Shown here: one piece after another, positions 53,701 through 64,000 of the stretch
Position numbering within the stretch: the first letter of the stretch is position 1
How the letters are laid out: each line of letters starts with the position of its first letter
Origin: Paramecium tetraurelia
Taxonomy: Eukaryota
Direction: 5' to 3'
Assembly (NCBI GenBank): GCA_000165425.1
Contig: CT868274.1
Span: 1 to 64,000, forward strand
DNA: 64,000 bases
Position numbers and translations under genes: made by a program
The notes under the pieces: model-generated
Told to the model about the DNA's origin: nothing
Seen by the model: only the letters and a program-made list of their open reading frames with translations
Database searches by the model: none

Positions 53701-55385
53701 TCATTCGGATATCGAGCAATCTGCCCCACTATATCCAGACCAACAATAGCATGTGGTTCCTCTGCAAGTACCAACTCCACTGCAAGAATTTGGACAAATT
53801 CTCTGAGTACTGCAAAAATGCTTTATATCTGGGCAAGTGACTTTGGCACTGTAATAGGAGTATCTCACATTTATTACCTAATTTAAAAAATAAATAAGTA
53901 CTTGTCCTGATGTAACACATTGATAACTTTTGTCAGAAATGGAGAAAGTTACAACATTATTTTAACAAGTTGCTTTAAAGCAATCAGAAACCAATCCTTA
54001 GAATCCTATTTTAGTAGGCAAAGTAGTAAAGAAACACTTACCATCGTTTCCGTAATATCCTCCATACTAAGCTAATTGACCGATAAAATCAGAGTTATAT
54101 CTACAATCGGAGTTACCGTAGGCTCTCCAATATCCACAGCCGTCAGTTAATGCATCACCTGTTGAACAAGAGGCAATGCCTGTGAAATCAGAGGAACATC
54201 CTTCACTACCTGGAGTACAGAATTCTCTCAATCCTTGAACACATTTTCCTTAGGCAATGGGACAGCCTTCATCCTTACCCCAATTGAATGGCTCAGATTG
54301 CTTATGATCCATATTATACCAACCAGTGGATTCGAGTAAATTGAAAGTGAATAGAGTGATCACAGAATCTGGGAATTCAGATCCGGTCATTGCCTCATTA
54401 CCAAAGGTAGTTCTTTCCCAATGACTGCCTGCTGTTCCTTATCCTCCGTTGTTCTCTAATGGAGCTCCCCAGGCAGATTAACAACCAAAGTGACTCTTGA
54501 CTGCATTTACTACTTTAGGCAATATGATCCAATCTCTTCCTCCTTATGTCTTAACTATTTAATTGACTCCTAATTTCTACATTGTATCAGGATCGATGTA
54601 ATATGGGAATAAACCACTACTGAATCCTAGGACGTGAGTCATTTCGTGAATGGTAGTTTAAATCCATTTGAACCATTTGCCTTCGCTTAGCTTACTGAAA
54701 TCTAGTTAATTAAAATATTTGAGGTTGAATTCCAAAGTACCAGCTGTGGGTCTTAATGTGGTTGGATCCAATCTGCAAGCTCCTGCTCTTGCAACCCAAC
54801 TATCTTATTATGTTGTGGCTGTGACAAATAGAACTAAGTCAACATTACTTACTCCATTTTTGTATGATCTTGGGATTGCAACTGAGCCACATTATCCACT
54901 CAAAAATAATTTGGATGATGGATACACTTTTATGGCGGCTTTTAAAAATCCAGTTGCTGCTTTCACCAATTTATTCTCAATGAAATCAGCTTATTGTTGT
55001 GATGCCTAAATTTGATACATCAATACTATACTTAAAATGATGAATAATCAGTCTTGATTCTGATGGTTTGCCAATTTCCTTATTTGTGATTCTTAATCAG
55101 CATTTGCTCATGGGACAACCTAGCCTCGAATGGAATTTCAGCTGGACGTTCTGGCTCTTCGATTTCGATCTCCTTTATGAAGTGGCCGTGGTTGCAAATA
55201 TGCACATCTTCCTATTCCAACTTGGCATGATGAATATTTGTGTTATGTGCATGATTTCCCTTGAGATGGTTTGTTACGGTGGCATTATTATTGTCATTCT
55301 TCAAATAATAATAAGTAGATCCACCAGCAAGCAAGACTATAGTTGCAACTGAGGCAACCTTAATTAAAGTTGACAAGAATATCAT
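53701..55385 (-). CDS. Leishmanolysin/GP63-like zinc metalloprotease (M8) with a C-terminal EGF-like domain
   Basis: TIHEMTHVLGFSS (HExxH), APLENNGGQGTAGSHWERTTFGNEAMTG, DGCG; HICNH pro-region; ends CYCWSGYSGADCSISE*. Confidence 0.95.
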
Positions 55386-55426
55386 TTAAAATAATTAAAG
55401 TTGTTTCTAATTAATAATCTCACTCT

Positions 55427-58400
55427 TCAATGTATGACTGTCAAAGATCTTTTCTATAAATCTGACTTGCTTGATCTCCTATTCGAAAATTTACCCCCTT
55501 CATTAATATTTTGATTTAATTAATTATACTATTCAAGCAGTTAATATTGCTTGAATAATAAAACTATTATTCCAGTCCTCGCCCTCAATGGTGAAGATGT
55601 AGGACTGATCAAACATAGAGCATCTCTTTAAGTAGAGTCCTTCTCCTCCTCTTAAATCTTTAAAGCGTCCTCATCTTCTGAAGAAGCCTCCAAAATACTT
55701 TCCTTGCCCTCGCATAATGTACCTAATTATGACAAAACCGATCATACCTTTCAATAATATCCCACCCTATTCAAATCTGATTAACTGATTTTTCTTTATC
55801 TTCTGAAACACTGATTTTGATACTACTTCTGTTATCTAATTGATTTTTAAATTGCACAATGGCTTTAAGTGATCACTATATATTCTGCACAGAAGGGGTA
55901 TAGAAATTCTCCAAATAGCTTCTTCAAATTCTGGAATTTATTTCATAATGGTTTGCATATGCTGAATCTTGATGAAAGTGGCATTGATGACGCAATCAGC
56001 CACCAATGATGTTTAATATCTAATGGAAGGAGCCACCAACATGTAAATGGGTGTAACTTCATTCAATGTTCTTCTCTCTCTTATTTTTGATCTATCACTA
56101 AACTCATTGCCAGCCCCTCTAGTTATGATACAGATTTCATTGGCTCTATCTCCTTCCTTGAAAATCAACTGATCTCTGCCAAATGAATCTTCTCGTGAAC
56201 CCTCCAACAATTTCAGTATATTTGATTGTGATAATGACTTAAACAATTCATGTTGAGTAAGTATGTCGATCAATGATGGCATTTGCCAAGGGGGATTTAA
56301 ATCATTTAAATTCTTCATCTTTTTATCGATATTCCTTTTCATTCTTTATAGAAATTCCTTCTCATTTAATTGGCCAGATTGAAGGTTGTTCTTCAATACA
56401 GACTTTTCAAATTCCAAGATTTCAAAAGCAGCCTTTTTTGTATGTAACTCACCTTAGAAATTTCAGGAAAGGACACTTCCAAAAGGTATCCTTCCAGATA
56501 AGATGAGTACTGCTGACTTTTTATTATCTTCAACGTTCATATCAGGATATTTCCAACAATAGATTTTATGAAAAATGGTAATGCGATGCCTCCTCCTTTA
56601 ATATGGTGATAGCTTCAATATACACAGAAACAGCATCATAAATTGTATAGATGTATTAAAATAAATGATTTCTAGCTAGGATTCCAATGAGAAACTTATC
56701 CTTCATGTAGAATAGTAAATTGATGTATCTCTCTGAAAATTGACTTTACAAGAATTCCCACGAGTTCATGGGTTCTTTGTCATTGTCAAGATCCAAATTA
56801 GCACTTTCAGTCAAAAGAATAATTGTATCAGGACTGCATTGATTAGATTCGAATTACTCCATATAGATTCCTTTCAATGCCATAAGAAAGATTCTTCTGA
56901 TTTCTGTCAATAGATTTTGATCTAATTCTTGATCCTCTTCCTCATCCATTAATGGTTGATGGATGTTCTTCATCTGAATTTCCTTTTAAGCCTTCTCATG
57001 CTTAGCCAATTTATCAATAATTTAATTGCAATCCGATTAATAGACCTTATAGCCACTAAGAGTTTTGACATATTCAACATCAGCCTCTTTCAAATACTTC
57101 AATTCATTGTTTTTTTTACATTCATATTCTATCTCTTCATTCAACTTAGTTAAGAAATTGGAATAAATCTTCTCTCTTATATCAGATTACGTAGACAGAC
57201 CCAACAATTTGATCAACAAAGAGAGAGTAGTACCATTAACAACAAGAGTACAAACAGCAATGCCTGACATATGAAATAGGATGATGTCCCTCCATTTAGT
57301 AGGTAATGATTCATCCTTTGCAACGATTAGAGCAAAGGCAATACCAATAGATCCTCTCAACCCTCCATAGGTTAAGACCAATATCTAGGACCATGACAAT
57401 CCATAACCCAGATTCTTAAGCCATGGATAGAATAATGCTATGGAGATGAATCTGCATCCCATCAAACACCACCAAAGAGCAATCATCTTGTAGAAATCCA
57501 ATTATGTTATTTCACTTTCATCCTTGAATACTCTAATTCCTGCAATGATTCCACCCAAGATGAAAATGATGACTTCACTTGCAAATACTACATATTCCCA
57601 AAACTCTCTCAATGCATGATCAGCCTCATGAGATATTCGAGATCTCCCAAATGCTGCCATAAATAAACTCAATGATACCAACCCTAAGACACCAGATATG
57701 TGTACTCCAAAGTCAACATTCTCAGATATGAAATACACTAAAAAGGCTGAGACTATTGTTATGTTCAATACGAGAATCTCATCGTTTGCTATCTTCTTTA
57801 TCCAATAAACACATGCCATTCCAAACACTAATCCAATCAATGTTCCTCCCACACATAATGTAAAGAACAAAGACCCTACATCAAATGCAGATGCAGATCT
57901 ACCCCTCACTATCCCGTATGATATCTAAAATAACATTACACATGCCCCATCATTCAATAAACTCTCTCCTTCTATCAAACTCTAAAACTTCTTTTATGCT
58001 CCACTCTCCTTCAATAATGCCAACACTGCAACTGTATCTGTACAACTCAACATTGCTCCAAACATGAAAGCACTCTCCCAAGTAAAATAATCATCCCCGT
58101 AGTTTAGTATTACTTTTACAGACAATTACAATAATGTAGATAATATTATCACGCAAGGAAATGCCAATATTGCAGTCTAAGCAAACAGTCTCTTGAATAA
58201 GTGCCAATCGAAGTTGTATCCAGATTCGTATATTAACGTTGGCAGAAATATTAGTAACACTCCGATCTGAAAACATACATCCCTAAATTAGTACCGGCTC
58301 GATTTCGCTGACCTTCTTACAACTTTGCCCAATGATACCCAATGAATCCCAATAAAATCCGAAAAACAATCCCAAAACAAATAGCATTGGAGAAAATGGA

Positions 58401-58598
58401 ATCTACATCATTGCCCATACAATTTACCTTTAATTTCTTATTAATCTCCTTCATGAACGATCCAATCCCCAAAAAAAAGAATATGAAGAACATTGATAAC
58501 GCTGTCCCACTAATATCCTAACTAGTTGGAATCGGTAGATCCTAGCATTATCCTACTCTGAGCATTAATAATACTATCCCTGTTTTACAGATATACAT
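55427..58598 (-). CDS. Na+/H+ exchanger (CPA1) with a C-terminal cyclic-nucleotide-binding-like domain (SOS1/SLC9C-like); local frame disruptions at ~56440-56560
   Basis: IFLPTLIYESG, SCTDTVAV, IEGESLLNDG, YGGLRGSIGIAFAL; CNBD-like LIFKEGDRANEICIITRG; TGA 55427-55429. Confidence 0.9.
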
Positions 58599-58896
58599 AT
58601 ATATAAATTAATTAATTCAATATTTCAATATACATATATATATTTTATACGATTATTCCTAAAAACTACTCTTAAAAGCCATAGCCAACATTATTAGATT
58701 CTATTCCTATCTATTTTGAAAACCATCGTTTTTCATTGCAAAAATTAAAAGAATATATATAATATGACTATTCATAAGTTATCAATTTAAGATTATATGC
58801 AAATTTTTTGAAATTCAAGAAACATTTAAATTATTAATTTATAACAATATTAACTTTAATTAGAAATTTAGTAAATTGAAGTTACTGTAATAAATC

Positions 58897-61800
58897 TCAA
58901 GATTATTTAGTCTTTCCCTTTTTTTTAATTTTCTCATCACTTTTTGTAATTAATTAAGAATTCGATTGCTTTTAAGAGTGATACAAGGAGTGCTGAATTG
59001 GCGTTTTAAGCTTCTTAACAGAAGGTTATTTTTTGGATTTCTTTTTCTTTTACTAATGTCTAGAAATAATCAAAATAGTGTATACTATTAATTTGATTTT
59101 AGCTAGGGTTCATCTGTAATGTCATCCTAACTTGAATTAGAAAATTGAGGATCAAACTCCAATTCATCAACTCTCCTTCTTAAATTGTCAAACTGCAAAT
59201 CCATCTATTCATTTTAGGCTATAGGTTGCTATAATTAAGATTGTGAATTTGTATTATTATTATTTATTTTAATCTCTTCCATTATTTTCTAAAATTATTA
59301 TGGATTTTACAACATATAATCAGAAAATAATTACATATCTCTTTGAATCTCAGTTGTTCCAGTAAAATTCTATTATGGTTACTATCCGATTGGAGGAGTC
59401 AATGGCCGAAAGACTTGATTATGTGGCCTTAATGTCTTCAAAACTTGATCTTCGACCTCTCCTTTTCTTTAATCAAAGACCTGTTTATTGCCACTCGACC
59501 TCCTCTCCTAATTTTGTTTTCCTATTCCTACATTCGGAGTTCTGCTTCCAATGTGAGGTGAAATTGTTTTGATTCTTTCTTTTAAGATTGGAATCTTTCT
59601 TAAATCATCATACTCATTCCATTCTTCATCATCAACTTCGATAATTCCCAAATCATCCAAATCAATTGGATCATCATCAAGAATATTTTTATGGCCATTT
59701 TAATTTAAATTATTGCTTTGCTTCATACTAATTTCCTTATCCAAAATGTCAGATTGTTTGATCTTACTCTCCTATTGAACCTAGTACATAAATAAAGTTT
59801 GTAAACATTGTGAAAGCACTTCCTAATCAACTTTACGAATCCACAAAAAGTCCTCTTGATTCAATTCAAATTCATCCATAGATGTGGATCCAAAAGTATC
59901 TGATTGCATCATTAAATCCTTAGCAGAATTCTACCTCTAAAACAATTATTAGATTATATTTTCAGATTATCTATTAATTTAGTCTCTTTATTTATTCTAT
60001 CTATGTCTTAATTGATTGTATTGTTCAGCCATCTATTAAATAATTCTAATTGCTATTTGTTCAGGAGTACACAATTAAATCATGACAATAGACATTAACT
60101 GCAATTATTTATTTTAACTATTTTACAATTTACTGGCTTGTTCAAAAAAAGAAGAATTGATTGAAGGAAACACTCTAAAGTTTTTGCCTGAATCTAATCC
60201 AAAGATGTATCCACAAAATTTTAATATATTATATTAATGCCATGGTTCCTAACAATCCAACTTTTCTTAGGTCCACAAAAATATCTTTTCAATAAACTCA
60301 TCAAGTTTGGTCGAATTAGGTATTTTATTTAATAGTTGTCCCCATTGATTAAGGAGATCAAAAAATAATACATAAATACTATTGAAAGGAGTGTCTATTA
60401 AGTCTGAGACCTCATTCCATAGACAAGATACTTCTTCTAAGACCTTAGAATATTCACTCTTTTGGAATTTAAGATTGAAAATATTATTCAAAATAAGCAA
60501 TGAATTTAGTATACATTTTGAATCAGTTTTATCTTAAAGAGATGGAGTAAGGATGTCTTTGATAAATTTAATAAAAATGATTCTATCCTCAAAGAATTTG
60601 ATTCTAGTACTAGTTTCAATATTAATATAACATTCCACCAAAAGTTACAGTATTAAGTGTCCTTTTTATCTGATCTTTGAATTGAGTGATTTCATTAAAT
60701 TAATTAAAGAGGAGGTAAAATTAGAATTATTTAAAATTAATTAAGCCACAACCTTAAATTATTATCCCATTTCTGAAAACAATTCGCAAATAAATTAAAC
60801 CTTTTCATTAATAATTTCATATTCTTATGTCAATTACTTATTATCAGATCTAAACTCTTTCTTATCTTTCATTCTGTCAAATCCGAAATCCTTTTTATTC
60901 TCTGAGATTAAATTTGATTAAATTTAAGGTTCCTGATTTTCTATCAGACAAACTTAAATCAACGAATTGAAATGAGTCTAATATTAAACAATCATCTTTA
61001 TGAAATTCTACTTTGATTATTTTTAAGCTTATCCCTTAACTGTGTATTAATCAATCAATGCCATCACACATTTCTCTATCAATGCTTAATCCAAAAACTC
61101 TTAACTAAAGGCAATCAAAATGTCAAATATCTTAAATGTCTCATCATGAATACTATGAGGTACTCTTTAACAAAATATTTCAACATATGAATAAATTTAG
61201 GATTCAAATTTAGACATCAATTAAGGACACTAAAATTATATAATTTTTAGGATTTTATCCAAAACGACCAAAATATCTTAACCAGGAGATGTAGTTTAGC
61301 ATATAAGAAATATATTCTACAAGAATGGATTGATAAGTTCATAGATTTGGTCGTATTCATTACCTTCAATTAAGATTTCTATTAGGATATTCCATACAAG
61401 TTCAAAACAATCAAATTATATCTTACCCTTAACTGTTTAGTCTAATAATTTGATTAAAATTGGTTTCAAGGTTATTAAGTTCTGATTAGCTGTAGTGTAG
61501 AGTTACTTAATTTTTATAGTGTTGGTTAATTATTTGTTTAGAAACTCTTCAAAAAATGGAATCTAAGATTCCTCCTTCTATTATCTGATGATTATGGATA
61601 TTAATTATAACAGTTTAATTATTTAATACTGTTGAGATTGCTGTAGATTATTATAGCTAGTGAAATTCAACTATTCTATCAATTGCTGATTAACCCAAGC
61701 AATAATTTTACTAATTTTTTTTTCATTTTGTTTAGGTATGATATTCTGTAATACTAGATTCCATATCTTTGATTCTTCTACTTAATTTAACTGTTTTAAG

Positions 61801-63008
61801 AATATTATATCAATTCGAAAGTGGGCTTAATCTGCTTATAATAAATACTCACAAACCTTCATAATTAACTTCTATCCTTCATTATTTACATCAAATAGTC
61901 CTTGTATAACAATTTGATTCCATATCTCTTATATCAGTTTTAATGTTGCTTGGCTTAATTCTTGTAATATCATATTAACAATTTTATAGATCATTTCTAC
62001 AATCAATTATCCTTACTATTAATTCAAAATCTTCAAAAACAACTTGAAAATCTAGATAATCTGACCACCTAAACCACAACCAAGCTATTCTATCATGAAT
62101 TCCAAGCATCTCATATTTGCCATCCTTAAGGCATCAAAGTTTTAGTTATCCTCCAATAAAAGCACTCTGCTTATAATTTTAATTAAATCATCTGAGAGTC
62201 TTAGGACGCATTCATAAGAATCTGTGTTTTATAACGTATACAACATCTATGTCCTATCATATTGGACATTCACATACTAGACAGCTTATTTTAATGCTTA
62301 TAGTTTCTCATTTAGCATTGAAGGTTGATTAATTGAGTCAGCTATCAATATTTATAAGCCACTTGCCCTTAGAAAATAATAGTCTTTTTGCTTAACTAGA
62401 ATTTAAGCTTTTTCAGCATAAAAATTGGCTACTTTCTTGAATATTTCAGCAGCTTATACAAATCTTCTCGAAGATAAAAGAGATAAACCCAATAGAATGT
62501 CTGCTTCTGCTTAGTTAATTTCACGGTTATTTTTTTTGAAGATATGACTGATGTTTAATAGGGCTACCATTTAATTAGCAGCAGGTGATAAGTATAACTA
62601 ATATCCAAAAACTTAGATTGTTAGTTTAGCTTTTAACTTATTTTCTAATTATTGAGGAGGTTCACAAACACCAAAAGAAAGTCTGAGTTTTCTACCAAAT
62701 CCAAGACCCACAATCTTGTATTAACCACTACATTATTCAGTATTCACCACCTCTTTGCTATTGATTAGACGATTATAAGTTTAATCAAAGCAATCCAAAC
62801 ATTCTAAAGATGTAAATGCAAATCCTTTTATTGGAGTATCACTCCATTTTAAAACTAAATGAGTGATCAAACTATCTTCTGTTAGATTGATCTATAATTT
62901 CACATTAGCTTATTTACTATCACCTTATCTTTCAGTAATTTAAACTTTAATTGCTTCTTGAGCAAGGTCGAATGATGCAACACAAACATTGCTTTGAACC
63001 AATTACAT
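58897..63008 (-). CDS. Hypothetical ~1350-aa protein (beta-sandwich-like N-terminus, TPR/alpha-solenoid body, acidic/basic disordered tail)
   Basis: Long table-6 frame from MQLVQSNVCVASFDLAQ to KKKGKTKQS*; ADILLGLSLLSSRRFVQAAEIFKKVA is TPR-like; middle not checked codon by codon. Confidence 0.65.
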
Positions 63009-63349
63009 ATTAATAAATTAAATAAACAAAATCGGATTTTACTCAATAAATTGAGTATGAATATCAAGATGATTTTATATAACCTTTGTATATATAACTG
63101 ATGATTTAAATCATATAACCCATAGAGTATAAAAAATTATTAATATATTGTATGTTTATAACTCTAATAAAATTATTTATAAAATAAATAAATTTAGTAT
63201 TATTTTGGATAAGATGTTTATATTTAATTTTTAATCATCTACAATTTAATGTTATTATAAACATCACTGAGACAATTAAAGTTAATTTGTCTTTAGGTCA
63301 AATTAAATCTTCAAAAATTCTTAATAAACTAAATACTATAAATTATTTT

Positions 63350-64000
63350 TTGAATTTTATAAGAATATTGTTAATATCAGTAAGATTCAATCTAAATAAG
63401 CTGTTAAATTTAATAATAATCAGGAGCAACCTTTTAACAACCAGGATTTAATTGAGTTGTTTTATTAAAACAAATCTGATTATAAATTTGATCTTGTTGA
63501 AGATGTGATATAATTGCAATTAACAAAGAAATAATAACCATTTAAATGGCTGTTTTTAATATGAGTTTGTAAGAATATACATAGATTTAATAATCAACCA
63601 ATTTATCAATTCACAAAGAGCTCAGAACTTATATTTCGAATAATCTAGATTATATAATTAAATATTGAATTATAGAAACCTTGGATTGGATGGAAGCTTT
63701 TATTATGACTTCTTATAATTTACATACAATTTAAACGATAATTCAAACTTCAAAACTTTATTAATTTTTTGACAGCATTTAGTTAAGATATCAGAAAATA
63801 TATTTTATTATTACATGATATATTCTTTATATTTATTCAACGAAATCAGATAATTGCAATAAAGCTCAATGTTGGATAGATTTTTCCAAAAGGCTATAAA
63901 TTCTTTGGCCTATGTATAATATATTTTCAGATGATACCATGCACAGTCGATTTGATGGCTGTTAATTCGGATTAGTTTTATTATAAATGATCTGATATAT
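63350..64000 (+). pseudogene. Possible partial or disrupted coding region at the window edge
   Basis: Coding-like stretches interrupted by TGA in all frames. Confidence 0.2.

Noticed and set aside
54719..58067. Several plus-strand track ORFs over the leishmanolysin and exchanger genes
   Set aside because: Antisense to well-supported minus-strand genes, with no motifs of their own

Overview
AT-rich ciliate DNA, most consistent with the left end of a Paramecium macronuclear chromosome. Evidence: C3-4A3-4 telomere-like repeats at 54-83, TAA/TAG read as Gln with only TGA as stop (table 6), 21-28 nt GT..AG introns and very short intergenic spacers. The supplied standard-code ORF track is therefore fragmentary, and genes were re-read by eye in table 6. 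The first ~22 kb is a subtelomeric zone. It holds a gene cut by telomere addition, a giant Cys-rich surface protein, a tRNA-like element, several decayed genes (furin-like, WD40-like, LRGG-GC protein, possible E2) and a decayed APE-type endonuclease that looks like a non-LTR retroelement relic. The rest is gene-dense: arrestin-like, SHIPPO/PG-rich repeat protein, a catalytically dead USP-fold protein, a 2-TM ciliate family protein, a PH-(START-like)-OSBP protein, IleRS, RIO1, VPS9, ANTH-like, leishmanolysin and an Na+/H+ exchanger with a CNBD. The most notable item is three otubain-like OTU deubiquitinase paralogs that share an intron but each carry a different repetitive N-terminal arm. All family calls come from motif recognition; no searches were run.
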